Shown: positions 35,715 through 44,824 of the stretch, one piece after another | Layout: every line of letters begins with the position of its first letter | Numbering within the stretch: position 1 is the first letter of the stretch | From: Candidatus Aenigmatarchaeota archaeon | Lineage (GTDB): Archaea > Aenigmatarchaeota > Aenigmatarchaeia > QMZS01 | Direction of reading: 5' to 3' | Assembly: GCA_023134135.1 (NCBI GenBank) | Contig: JAGLVB010000004.1 | Span: forward strand, 24,233-88,232 | Length of the DNA stretch: 64,000 nucleotides | The notes under the pieces: model-generated | Told to the model about the DNA's origin: nothing | Seen by the model: only the letters and a program-made list of their open reading frames with translations | The model's database searches: none | Position numbers and translations under genes: made by a program

Positions 35715-35945
35715 TTACATTTCTTTTATTTTTGTTGCTATGAAGTTTATTAGTTCTTCGTTATCCACTGGAATCGCTATTGATTTCTTGTATCTTTTGG
35801 TTCCGTCTGGAAGAGAATAACCTCTTGAAATCTGCAAGAATTCATTTTCTCCATCTTCGCCTTTCGCTACTTTCTTTGATATCTCTATGAAGTTGTTTGT
35901 TCCGAATTTCATTTCTTCACTTTTCAGCGTTTCAAATTCTACCAT
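35715..35945 (-). CDS. Small hypothetical protein
   Basis: 76-aa ORF. Weak resemblance to PC4/YdbC-like ssDNA-binding folds, which I cannot substantiate. Confidence 0.35.
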   Translation of the reverse strand: MVEFETLKSEEMKFGTNNFIEISKKVAKGEDGENEFLQISRGYSLPDGTKRYKKSIAIPVDNEELINFIATKIKEM

Positions 35946-36180
35946 GTGTATATCACTAAACTAATTTGTCTTTAAATTATTTATTAAGGAATGGGTGTAT
36001 TTATTTGTGATTTTTAGGTTTAAAAGAGGGTTTGATTCTGCGGAATTTATTGTAAAGGTTTCCTGAAGGATTGACTTTTTTGACGGAAAAATAAAAATTA
36101 ACGACGAACGACTGAATATTATTCGTCAATTGTCTAACCTTATAAAAAAGCAGTATATAGTCTTTCACTAAAAAGTAGTT

Positions 36181-38418
36181 ATGAAAAGTGATTTGTTAGG
36201 TAAGGCAGAGGACCAAATAGCAGAAACAAACAGCTATTTAATGAAATTGGGAGAAAAGCCTATATCTGACCCAAGAGCAATTGAAATGGTGAGAGAAACC
36301 GGACAGTATGCAAAAAACAGCGGAGCGAATGTTTCAGATTATGTTTATATAAATCATGATATTAATCAATTAACAAGATTACTTGCAAAAGGCGCTTCAG
36401 AAAAATATTTAACAAAATTTTATGAAAATCCAATAAAAGATAATGTGGATTTGGATACAATGCCTGAAAATTATGAAGAATCTTTGAAGAGAACCGGAGA
36501 TTTTTTTAATTATCAAAAAAATGGAACTCCAGTAGAACCAGACCCTTATCAAAATATTAATCTTGAGAAATTCTTTGAACTTCCAACAGAAGAAAAAATC
36601 AGTTATCTCAGTAAACTTAAAAACTTTGGAAAAAAAGCGCTACCAGTCGCTCTTGCAGCGTCTTTAGTAGCAGCTCCTGTCGCGGGTTATGATTATATGG
36701 TGGATAAATTAGATTTCCCAGGAAATGAAACAAACAATTTTGAGGATACCAACCATTTTTTTAGTTTTGTGCATCCTTCTGAGTTATATGATAATTGTCT
36801 GGGATTTGACAGAGAATATAAGCTTCAGGAGGAATTAATAAAAACCCCTGATAAAACCACAGAAGATTTAAAAGCTGCTGTAAAATATACCTATGTTAAG
36901 AATGGAGGATTTGGGGACTTAGTTATAGATAATCAATTAGTGCATTTTGACCGTGTATCTGGTACAGAATTAGACCTTGGGGTATGGTTGGCTTCTTCAG
37001 CATCAGATCATCAGGATATGTCTCGTTATATGATTGGTTTGGATACAGATGGAGATGATAAAATAGAAACATTAGCTCCTATGTATAATCAGTATAAAGG
37101 GTCGGAGGACATAACTCCAATAAAAAATCATGCTTTGAAAGTTCCAAAAGTGCTTTATGATAATTATGGGAATAAACTTGAATTTGGAGATCTTTATCCT
37201 GCTTATGTTATAGATATTTTCAGTCAACCTAAAAATCCTGAAGACTTTAGCAGCGCTGAAATATTAGCTTACTGGAAAAACACTGATGGAATTAAAGTTA
37301 CAGATAAGGTAATCTATTACAGTGATATAATAGGGAAGAATTCAAGGATGCTTGGGTTAGACGAATATAATAATCCAAATGATGTATATTATAAAGGTGA
37401 TTTCGATGTGCATGGAGATGATGATAATTGGGGTTATCCTGATTGGTTTGAAGGAACAGAGACTGATACTATTTATGGAAATGATAATGCTTATAATCTA
37501 TTAGACCAAAATACTTTTACTGAGATCTTACGGTGTGTTAATGGTTTTGAAGAAGCTCCTTTGGATTTAAATGAATCAATACCAACTCCGGATAAAATTA
37601 ATCTGTTTATAATGAACAATATGTATGAAAACCGAACCTGTTTAATAGAAGATTATCAGGATGATGGCAGACTGGAAAAAGGAAAAATCCATCTACCTGA
37701 AACCTATCTTACTATGTGGGGACTTTCAGCCAGATATATAGAGAGACGGGGAATACTTCCGGAATTAGTTTATGTAAGTGTTGATGATGATCCCGAACCC
37801 GAACATTTGATTTCAGTAAAAAGAACAATACATAAATCAAAAGAAAATGATTTAACTAAAGCTTTGGGTGGACATGTTAAATTAGCCTATTTTCGCGAAG
37901 AAACTAATTCCAGAGGTAAAATAGTAGGTCCGTTTGCAAATTATTTGGTGAACTTACAGGACACCCAACCAGAATTTGAAAAATTAAAGAGAGGAATTCC
38001 AGTTGAAGGAACAAGAGATGAAGTATATGCTCCTCATTTATACATAGAAGATTATAAAAATGTAGTTATTTTTGGACCTGAAAGTGAATATCCTCCTATA
38101 GGTTTTAAAGAGTTGTATGATGAAGATAAAAAACAATTTAAAATACCAAGAGAATTGGGATTAACAGAAGATAATAGTCCTGAACCTGTGTTGAAAAAAC
38201 CTCTGGATGAATTTAATATGAATAAGGATTGTTCTGAATTCTTTCCGGAAGGCGGGGAATATAGACCTGAAAAAAGTGAAGATAAGATTCCTTTAGCAGG
38301 AATGTTTCCTGATGGAGTAGGTGCTTTGGAAGTTGGAGCAGGAATTGGAGCAGCACTGGCTGGCGCAGGAGCAATGCATTTCTACTCAAAAAGGAAATCA
38401 GGACCAACAGCAATATAA
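36181..38418 (+). CDS. Large hypothetical surface protein with a C-terminal Gly/Ala-rich TM anchor
   Basis: 745 aa. Internal hydrophobic segment LPVALAASLVAAPVAG, acidic Ca-binding-like motifs (DTDGDDKIE, DVHGDDDNWG), and C-terminal VGALEVGAGIGAALAGAGAMHFYSKRKSG. Confidence 0.5.
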   Translation: MKSDLLGKAEDQIAETNSYLMKLGEKPISDPRAIEMVRETGQYAKNSGANVSDYVYINHDINQLTRLLAKGASEKYLTKFYENPIKDNVDLDTMPENYEESLKRTGDFFNYQKNGTPVEPDPYQNINLEKFFELPTEEKISYLSKLKNFGKKALPVALAASLVAAPVAGYDYMVDKLDFPGNETNNFEDTNHFFSFVHPSELYDNCLGFDREYKLQEELIKTPDKTTEDLKAAVKYTYVKNGGFGDLVIDNQLVHFDRVSGTELDLGVWLASSASDHQDMSRYMIGLDTDGDDKIETLAPMYNQYKGSEDITPIKNHALKVPKVLYDNYGNKLEFGDLYPAYVIDIFSQPKNPEDFSSAEILAYWKNTDGIKVTDKVIYYSDIIGKNSRMLGLDEYNNPNDVYYKGDFDVHGDDDNWGYPDWFEGTETDTIYGNDNAYNLLDQNTFTEILRCVNGFEEAPLDLNESIPTPDKINLFIMNNMYENRTCLIEDYQDDGRLEKGKIHLPETYLTMWGLSARYIERRGILPELVYVSVDDDPEPEHLISVKRTIHKSKENDLTKALGGHVKLAYFREETNSRGKIVGPFANYLVNLQDTQPEFEKLKRGIPVEGTRDEVYAPHLYIEDYKNVVIFGPESEYPPIGFKELYDEDKKQFKIPRELGLTEDNSPEPVLKKPLDEFNMNKDCSEFFPEGGEYRPEKSEDKIPLAGMFPDGVGALEVGAGIGAALAGAGAMHFYSKRKSGPTAI

Positions 38419-38487
38419 TATGAAAATTGGGTAATTGTAAAATATTACTATTAAATCAACAATAATTATTTGAACTTATTAGGACAA

Positions 38488-38733
38488 CTATAAAAGACTT
38501 GTTCCTTCCACCTGAATTGAACCAATGCCTTCTACTGCTTCTATTTTCTTTTCAAGTTCTTCAATGCAGTTTGGCTTGTCTTCCATGACAAAAACCACTT
38601 TAAGCAGGGTTATCCCAAAACCAACATCTTCTTCCTGAATTTCTTTTGCTCCAATTTCAGTAAGTTTGCCTTTAATTTCATCTTTTTTATCTAATTCAGG
38701 ATTTATTTTATAAACAACAGCAACTTCTCCCAT
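38488..38733 (-). CDS. Translation elongation factor aEF-1 beta
   Basis: 81 aa. The pattern MGEVAVVYKINPE...EEDVGFGITLLKVVFVMEDK...EELEKKIEAVEGIGSIQVEGTSLL matches archaeal EF-1beta. Confidence 0.8.
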   Translation of the reverse strand: MGEVAVVYKINPELDKKDEIKGKLTEIGAKEIQEEDVGFGITLLKVVFVMEDKPNCIEELEKKIEAVEGIGSIQVEGTSLL

Positions 38734-38734
38734 A

Positions 38735-38899
38735 TTAAGGTCCTGTAAAACCGCATTTCCTGCAAATATATATCTTTGCGTTTTTTCTGCAAACTGAGCA
38801 TCTTATAATATCTTCTTTGTTGCATTCAGGGCATAGGAATCTTATAAATTTATCTCCTGTCACTCCTCTCCCGCAACTCGCGCAATATAGGTTTTCCAT
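38735..38899 (-). CDS. Zn-ribbon protein conserved upstream of aEF-1beta (DUF1610/COG2888-like)
   Basis: 54-codon ORF below the track cutoff: MENLYCASCGRGVTGDKFIRFLCPECNKEDIIRCSVCRKNAKIYICRKCGFTGP, with four CxxC pairs. Its stop lies 1 nt before the EF-1beta start. Confidence 0.7.
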   Translation of the reverse strand: MENLYCASCGRGVTGDKFIRFLCPECNKEDIIRCSVCRKNAKIYICRKCGFTGP

Positions 38900-38928
38900 T
38901 ATATTTCTTGTTAAAAATAAATAAGGAA

Positions 38929-39543
38929 CTAATCTCTTTTAATTAAAGGAACAAAGCTAAAACCGAAGAATTCTTCTTCTTCAAATCTGTTGGATTTTCT
39001 TATAATCAGGAAAATAGAGTTTTTTATAGGAATTACCAGTCTACCTTCTATTTTAAGTTGTTCTCTTAATTTGGATGGAATTTTATCTGCTGATGCTGAA
39101 ACAAGGATTTTGTCAAACGGAGCTTTTTCAGGAAGTCCTTTTGACCCGTCCACGCAAATAAATTTTGCAATTCCTTTCTCAACAAAATTATATTTTTCAG
39201 TGTTTTTTTCTCCAAATTCTTTTAATTTCCTAATTAATTCAATCCCGTAAACTTTCCCTGACTTTCCGACAATTTTAGATAATAATGAAGTTGTCCACCC
39301 TGACCCGGAACCAATATCCAGGATTTTATCTCCTTTTTTTGGTTGCAGGAGTTCAAGCATAATAGCAACAGTTAATGGTTGGGATATTGTCTGTTCATAT
39401 CCGATAGGAAGAGGTCCATTTAGTTCTGCAAATTGCTTTAATTCTTCAGGCAAAAAATCAATTCTTTTTATTTTCCTAAAAGCGAAAATTATTTCCGGGG
39501 TTTTCAGGCAACCTTGTTCCACCAGCACCTCAACAAGATTCAT
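38929..39543 (-). CDS. pcm: Protein-L-isoaspartate O-methyltransferase
   Basis: YEQTISQPLTVAIMLELL and ILDIGSGSGWTT motifs. Confidence 0.85.
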   Translation of the reverse strand: MNLVEVLVEQGCLKTPEIIFAFRKIKRIDFLPEELKQFAELNGPLPIGYEQTISQPLTVAIMLELLQPKKGDKILDIGSGSGWTTSLLSKIVGKSGKVYGIELIRKLKEFGEKNTEKYNFVEKGIAKFICVDGSKGLPEKAPFDKILVSASADKIPSKLREQLKIEGRLVIPIKNSIFLIIRKSNRFEEEEFFGFSFVPLIKRD

Positions 39544-39545
39544 AA

Positions 39546-39992
39546 TTACTTTTTTAAGTTCTTAATTAGTTTCTTTATTTCATCCAAATCTTTTTGAATA
39601 TCTTCAATTTCTCTCTCTGATTTTTTATCTATTAGATAGTCTCGTTCAATTTTTAGTTTTGATTTTTCTTCTTCTCTATTCTGGCTCATCAGTATAATCG
39701 GAGCTTCTATAGCCGCAAGACATGAAAGGACGAAGTTCAGTAAAATGAATGGATAAGGATCCCATTTAGCAAATATTCCATATAAGTTAATACTCATCCA
39801 TATAGCTATAAAAATAAACAGGAATATTATAAAAGTCCAGGAACCGCAAAATCTTGTTAATTTGTCAGATGCTTTCTGCCCGAAAGTTAATTTTCGTTTA
39901 TGGAGCAGGTGATTGTCTTTTTTAATTGTTTTGTCAATTCTTGAAAAATTCTGTTTTCCATTTGTCATAATATAAGCACTTTTTAAATGCAT
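39546..39992 (-). CDS. DUF1003-family membrane protein
   Basis: FGQKASDKLTRFCGSWTFIIF...WDPYPFILLNFVLSCLAAIEAPIILMSQNR matches the DUF1003 pattern. Start trimmed to an internal Met because the track ORF (to 40055) runs into the tRNA. 39968 is an alternative start. Confidence 0.6.
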   Translation of the reverse strand: MHLKSAYIMTNGKQNFSRIDKTIKKDNHLLHKRKLTFGQKASDKLTRFCGSWTFIIFLFIFIAIWMSINLYGIFAKWDPYPFILLNFVLSCLAAIEAPIILMSQNREEEKSKLKIERDYLIDKKSEREIEDIQKDLDEIKKLIKNLKK

Positions 39993-40001
39993 TAAGTTTA
40001 G

Positions 40002-40177
40002 TGTCGGGGGAGGGATTTGATTGAGGCGTTGTCCATATTTATATTTAAATGACAACGTACCCTCGATCTCTGCGTTTCTCAGCGCTAAATCATGGATTTC
40101 TCTCTTAGCTCAATTCACCTTCTCTTTGTAGGAAAGTAGTTATGAGCGCAGCGCCTTAGCCACTAGGCCACCCCGAC
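40002..40177 (-). tRNA. tRNA with anticodon CAU (elongator Met or Ile2) carrying two introns: 65 nt after position 37 and 38 nt inside the T-loop
   Basis: Hand fold of the reverse complement gives: acceptor GTCGGGG/CCCCGAC, D arm GCCT-AGTGGCTA-AGGC, anticodon arm CTGCG-CTCATAA-CGCAG interrupted at 40076-40140, variable AGATC, and T arm GAGGG-T[intron 40021-40058]TCAAAT-CCCTC. Exons sum to 73 nt. Confidence 0.7.
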
Positions 40178-40494
40178 ATAATTTTATAGAAAATTATTTC
40201 TTAATTAGCTGTATGCAAGGATATTAATATGTATTTTTGTGTTTTCATATCAAATTCCCCCTATTTAAATATACATGAAAATACCAATCAAGGGTTATTT
40301 TAATATTATAATATAAGACACAACAAATTACCCAAAAGCAATTAACATCTTTTTAAATAGATTGCAAATACCATAACATATATTTTTGTATGTACTTCAA
40401 GTCTTCATAAAAGAGGTCTAAATATTTATGTCTTCCACCATAACTTTACGGCAAAAACCAGCAGAGTTTAATTAACTTCTTCAAGGATAATAAA

Positions 40495-41311
40495 TTAAGG
40501 TGATTGGTGAAATTTCGTACCAAATTGTCTAAAAACTTCAACTAATATTGGATAAAGATCTTCGTTTTTATGATTAAACCTGAACTCCATTTCCTTAACA
40601 TACAAAGGATAATTCTTCTTTCTGATTCCATGATATTTGTGAAATCGTTCTTTAGCAAAACTCCAAAAACCTTCAATCCCGTTTATGTGGTTGTGACCCT
40701 TCCCAAAAGTTTTTGAATGTTTGACCCGATTGTGTTTTCCATATTGTTTCAAGTCTTTGTAAGACTTGAAATCATCAGTATAAAACACACTTCCTTTTTT
40801 GGTTTTCTTCTTTATAAATTCAAATAAAGTTTTCGCGGAAACATCTTCAACCACTGTTGCAAACACTCGTTGTTCCAACGGTGCCTCTTTCTGTTTCACA
40901 GAAAGAAGGAACTCTTCCATTTCGTTCTAAAATCCCGAATACCGCTTGTTTGTTAAATGCTCCTCTTCCGCGATTGCCTTTTCGTCTTCCACCAAAATAG
41001 GATTCATCCAATTCAATGTATCCGCTAAGTTTTGTAAAATTTTGCTCAGAGCTTTTTAATATGGACTTGCGAAACAGGGAATATTTTCTGGACACTGTGT
41101 TGTAACTCAATTTTAATTCCTTGGCGCACTTCCTTGCGCTGACCTCAAGATAAAAGTAATACAAAACATCCAAGTCACGCTTAAGTTTGTTAATGCTGTA
41201 AGGTCTTCTGCACAATTTGCATTTTATTCTCCCATCAGACAGTCTTATCAAACCATAATTTCCGCAAAACCAACACTTCCGACCATGTATGTACATTGCA
41301 TTTCCCTTCAT
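40495..41311 (-). pseudogene. IS1595-family (ISXO2-like) transposase split by a frameshift
   Basis: The upstream ORF has the Zn-ribbon/HTH part and ...ELDESYFGGRRKGNRGRGAFNKQAVFGILERNGRV. The downstream ORF in another frame continues with VFATVVEDVSAKTL..GSVFYTDDFKSYKDL..HNRVKHS..HINGIEGFWSFAKERF (DDE_Tnp_IS1595 pattern). The ORFs overlap at 40847-40920. Confidence 0.7.
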
Positions 41312-41375
41312 AATGCATTATACTTCATTAAAACATAAAAAAGGAGAAAGTGCTGGTACGGAATTTAATGAAATA

Positions 41376-41895
41376 CCCAATCGGGGCAGAGCCCCGGGGT
41401 ATCTATTAACGGATTAAAAATCGCATAGTTTCAACTGGTTCTTGTCTCTGCCCTGCTCCTCAACATATTTTTTGATTTTATCCAAACCGCCATATTCGCT
41501 TACTGTGTCTATATGTCCTCCAGCGCTCCAGAAATTTCCACCCCACAAAAATTCTTTAATGTCTGGATAATCCTGAAATATCTGTTTTGCTGTGATGCTC
41601 TTGACAATTCTCATTATATCTGAGGGTGAATTCCTGGGTGGTGATCCAACTACGATGTGAAGGTGATCTTCTTCAACTCCAATCGCTTCAAACTTAAACC
41701 AATATCTTTTCCCTATTTCTGAAATGAGTTGTTTAATATATTGCAAAGGCACTTTTTCCAGCAACATCTGTTTCCTATACTTTACCACGAAAACCATGTG
41801 ATACCTGATGCGATATGTGCAATGCGGTGCCCGTTCTATATCCATAACTTACATCAGAAACATTCTATCCCAATCGGGGCAGAGCCCCGGGGTAT
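41376..41895 (-). mobile_element. IS200/IS605-family element (tnpA only) bounded by a 27-nt perfect direct repeat containing a hairpin
   Basis: cccaatcggggcagagccccggggtat occurs at 41376-41402 and 41869-41895 in the same orientation. The GGGGC-AGA-GCCCC hairpin is typical of IS200/IS605 ends. Confidence 0.75.
41414..41845 (-). CDS. tnpA: IS200/IS605-family Y1 (HUH) transposase TnpA
   Basis: MDIERAPHCTYRIRYHMVFVVKYRKQML...EEDHLHIVVGSPPRNSPSDIMRIVKSITAKQIF...LWGGNFWSAGGHIDTV. Carries the HUH motif HLH and has the typical ~140 aa size. Confidence 0.85.
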   Translation of the reverse strand: MDIERAPHCTYRIRYHMVFVVKYRKQMLLEKVPLQYIKQLISEIGKRYWFKFEAIGVEEDHLHIVVGSPPRNSPSDIMRIVKSITAKQIFQDYPDIKEFLWGGNFWSAGGHIDTVSEYGGLDKIKKYVEEQGRDKNQLKLCDF

Positions 41896-41918
41896 ATTGA
41901 TAAAATCAATCACCTTAT

Positions 41919-42539
41919 TTAATATTCTTCTTTTCTTGCTTCAGAATAGTCAGGAGGTGTATTCTGCAGTTCCTCGTTAAATTCCTGCCATTCTCTTTCA
42001 GGACTTTTTGTTGGCTGTTCTTCTTTTATTTCTTGCGGTTTGTTTTCAGTTGGTTCCTTTTTTTTGACTTCAGTTTCTTTTTTATCTGATTTTATTTTAG
42101 GAGTTCCCTCCCCATTTGGCTCGTTTTCAATTTCATTTTTGATTTTTTCCGCGAGTTCAGGCAGTTTCTGTTTGTCAACTTCCATTCTTACCAGCCCCTG
42201 GATTGAGGATCCTTTATCCCCTTCAAATCTTGGGATTATGTGAAAATGAACATGAGGCACTTCCTGCCCCGCAAATTTCCCGTTATTTAATCCAATATTG
42301 CAGTCTGTTGTCCCAACAATTTCAGGAATTATTTTTACTAATTTGGTTATGACTGAAAATAATTCATTTATTTTTCCTTCAGGAATATCTTCAATTTTTT
42401 GGTAATGTTTCTTTGGAATTATAATTGTATGTCCTAAAGAACAGGGATTAACATCAAGGAAAGCCAATACTGAGGAATTTTCATAAACTTTAAGTGTTGG
42501 AATTTCACCTTTTACAATCTTGCAGAATAAACAATCCAT
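41919..42539 (-). CDS. HIT-family (histidine triad) nucleotide hydrolase/transferase with a Lys/Glu-rich C-terminal extension
   Basis: CLFCKIVKGEIP, LGHTIIIPKKH and HVHFHIIPR motifs, followed by a ~70-aa low-complexity K/E/P-rich tail. Confidence 0.8.
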   Translation of the reverse strand: MDCLFCKIVKGEIPTLKVYENSSVLAFLDVNPCSLGHTIIIPKKHYQKIEDIPEGKINELFSVITKLVKIIPEIVGTTDCNIGLNNGKFAGQEVPHVHFHIIPRFEGDKGSSIQGLVRMEVDKQKLPELAEKIKNEIENEPNGEGTPKIKSDKKETEVKKKEPTENKPQEIKEEQPTKSPEREWQEFNEELQNTPPDYSEARKEEY

Positions 42540-42560
42540 AAATCAATAATAAATAAATTA

Positions 42561-43091
42561 ATGAACACTGAGGTTTACGAGCCTGATGAGGACACTTATT
42601 TCCTGACAGAGCAGATAAAGAAACTGATTAAAAGCAGAAAATTTGAGAGTGTTTTGGAAATGGGGATTGGGTCTGGATATATTTCTTTGAGTATTGCGGA
42701 TAAAGTGAATAAGATTCTGGGGGTGGATATTAATCCAAAAGCCGTGGAATTTGCCGAGAAAAGCAGGAAAGAGCAGAAAATAGAGAATGTTGAGTTTAGA
42801 ATTAGCAATCTTTTTGAGAAGGTGGCAGGAAAGTTTGATTTAATTTTCTTTAACCCACCATATCTTCCCGGGAATGGTGATTTAAGCTGCGAGGGCGGCG
42901 AGAGGGGACAGGAACTCATCGAGAAATTCCTTTCTGAGGTCAGGAACCGCTTAAATGAAGGCGGAGTAGGGGTAATTTTGTTAAGTTCTTTTAATAATAT
43001 TTCTGAGCTAAAGAGAAGGTTTAATCTTGTAAAACTTGGTGAACTGGAATTGTTCTTTGAGACTTTGTATTGTTATAAACTCCTGAAATAA
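42561..43091 (+). CDS. HemK/Mtq2-type SAM-dependent (N5-glutamine) methyltransferase
   Basis: VLEMGIGSGYIS (motif I) and FFNPPYLP (NPPY motif). The short 176-aa form is typical of archaeal Mtq2 homologs. Confidence 0.65.
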   Translation: MNTEVYEPDEDTYFLTEQIKKLIKSRKFESVLEMGIGSGYISLSIADKVNKILGVDINPKAVEFAEKSRKEQKIENVEFRISNLFEKVAGKFDLIFFNPPYLPGNGDLSCEGGERGQELIEKFLSEVRNRLNEGGVGVILLSSFNNISELKRRFNLVKLGELELFFETLYCYKLLK

Positions 43092-43128
43092 GATTTTTAA
43101 GGCTTAAATTTAAAATTTTTGTTAAGTT

Positions 43129-43770
43129 ATGCAGGAAGGAGATTTCGTTGAAATAGACTATGTGGGGAAAATAAAGGATACAGATGAGATATTTGACCTC
43201 ACAGATGAGAAACTGGCAAAAGAGAAAGGGATATTCAATGAGAAATCAGATTATAAGCCAGTAAATATTATACTCGGAGAGAAATTTGTTGTTAAAGGTC
43301 TTGAGGAAATAATTAAACAAATGAGTGTTGGAGAAGAAAAAACTGAAACAATAAAACCCGAAGATGGTTTTGGGAACAGGGACGCAAAAATGATTAAAAC
43401 GGTTTCAGAATCAGAATTAAGGAAACAAAAAATAAATCCAATCCCTGGAATGATTCTTGACCTTGGAAATGTGAAAGCAAGAATCCAGTCTGTAAATTCA
43501 GGCAGAGTCAGGATTGATTTTAATCACCCTCTTGCTGGAAGGGATTTGGAATACAAAGTTAAGATAAACAAGAAAATCGATGACAACAATGAGAAAGCAA
43601 AAGCAATTGTTAAATTTCTCACTCAGGAAGAACTTGAAGCAAAAGTGGAAGATAAAAAAGTTATTGTGGAAGAAAAGAAATCAACTCCTGAAGAAGCAAA
43701 AAAGAAAATCGCAGAGTTGATGAAGAAATATTTGAAAGTGGAGAAAGTTGATTTTGTGCAGAGTTTCTAG
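43129..43770 (+). CDS. FKBP-type peptidyl-prolyl cis-trans isomerase (SlyD-like, long archaeal form)
   Basis: GDFVEIDYVGK...DEIFDLT...ILGEKFVVKGLEEIIKQMSVGEEK...NHPLAGRDLEYKVKI. Confidence 0.8.
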   Translation: MQEGDFVEIDYVGKIKDTDEIFDLTDEKLAKEKGIFNEKSDYKPVNIILGEKFVVKGLEEIIKQMSVGEEKTETIKPEDGFGNRDAKMIKTVSESELRKQKINPIPGMILDLGNVKARIQSVNSGRVRIDFNHPLAGRDLEYKVKINKKIDDNNEKAKAIVKFLTQEELEAKVEDKKVIVEEKKSTPEEAKKKIAELMKKYLKVEKVDFVQSF

Positions 43771-44028
43771 ATAATAATCGAATTTGTCATTTGTATAAAT
43801 TAAATAGATAAACTTATTGTGGTTAAGGTGGAAGTTATAAAGGAAATTTATTGCAAAAAATGCGGAGCCAATACAAAACACCAGTTCAAGTATCATATTA
43901 TGGATATTCAGGAAGAAAAGGAAGCGAATGAATTGGCTTTAAGGTCTGCATCCCAAACCTTTTTAGTCGAGGTTTTTGGAGTAAAACGACAAAAAAGTCG
44001 AGGCAACCCTTAAATAGATATATTAATT

Positions 44029-44430
44029 ATGGACAAAGAAAGAGAAATAAGGTATAAAGAAAAGCTGGTATTTGTTTCAGATAAAATTGAAAGTATTCCT
44101 GAAAACCCGGAAACCTCGGTTGAGAAAGATGCAACTTTTTACAGGATTCAGGTTGCTATAGAGAGCGCTACAGATTTGGTTGCAATGGTGGTTAAGGATT
44201 TGGGCAAAACTGTGGGAGACGATTACCATAATCTGGAAATTCTACAGGAAGAAAAGGTAATTGATAAGAAACTTTCAGATGAATTAAAAAAGTTAAATGG
44301 ATTAAGAAATGTATTGGTTCATAAATATAATAAGATTGAAGAAAAACTTATTTTTGATGATATGAATAATATTATAAGGATTGTATCTAAATTATTGGAG
44401 TTGGTGGAAGATGTTATCAAAAAACTTTGA
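44029..44430 (+). CDS. hepT: HepT-type HEPN toxin (DUF86)
   Basis: GLRNVLVHKYNKI matches the R-x4-H / RNxxxHxY HEPN catalytic motif. ~130 aa size. Confidence 0.7.
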   Translation: MDKEREIRYKEKLVFVSDKIESIPENPETSVEKDATFYRIQVAIESATDLVAMVVKDLGKTVGDDYHNLEILQEEKVIDKKLSDELKKLNGLRNVLVHKYNKIEEKLIFDDMNNIIRIVSKLLELVEDVIKKL

Positions 44431-44821
44431 GGAAATTAAACAGGATCTAAAAGAACTAAACAAATATGAGGTTGTTGTTTTTGGAGGTTATCTTTCCGGA
44501 AATTACAGGGACATAGATATTTGCGTAATTACGAGAGAAAAATCAAAAGAAAAAAATTTAGAGATATGGAAAAAGGTTATTGAGGAATCCCCGTATGATA
44601 TAAAGGTTTTTGAACTCCTGCCTTTAAACCTGAAATGGAGCGTTATAAAAAATTACAACGTTTTGTTTGGGGACGAAGTTGAGATTTCAGAGTATTTTTA
44701 TTTTTTCAGGAAATTGTGGGAGGATTCCAAACACAGGATTTTTGATAATCAGTTTGAAAGTCTTAAAGAGCAGAAAGAAAAAAGAGAGAACTGGATAAAA
44801 GTAAAACAACAAATTATTTAA
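44411..44821 (+). CDS. mntA: MntA-type minimal nucleotidyltransferase antitoxin
   Basis: VVVFGGYLSGNYRDIDICVI fits the G[SG]-x(9-10)-D-x-D nucleotidyltransferase motif. Start set at an internal ATG overlapping the hepT 3' end (the track starts at 44381). Confidence 0.6.
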   Translation: MLSKNFEEIKQDLKELNKYEVVVFGGYLSGNYRDIDICVITREKSKEKNLEIWKKVIEESPYDIKVFELLPLNLKWSVIKNYNVLFGDEVEISEYFYFFRKLWEDSKHRIFDNQFESLKEQKEKRENWIKVKQQII

Positions 44822-44824
44822 ATT

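Noticed and set aside
40076-40140. Possible C/D-box sRNA inside the 65-nt tRNA intron (CUGA near the 3' end, GUGAAUUGA near the middle).
   Set aside because: There is no convincing C box (RUGAUGA), and the spacing does not fit a C/D kink-turn arrangement.
43819-44013. 64-aa ORF (VKVEVIKEIYCKKCGANTKHQFKYH...) between the FKBP and hepT genes.
   Set aside because: It has a non-ATG start, only one CxxC pair, and no recognisable family. It may be real but is unsupported.
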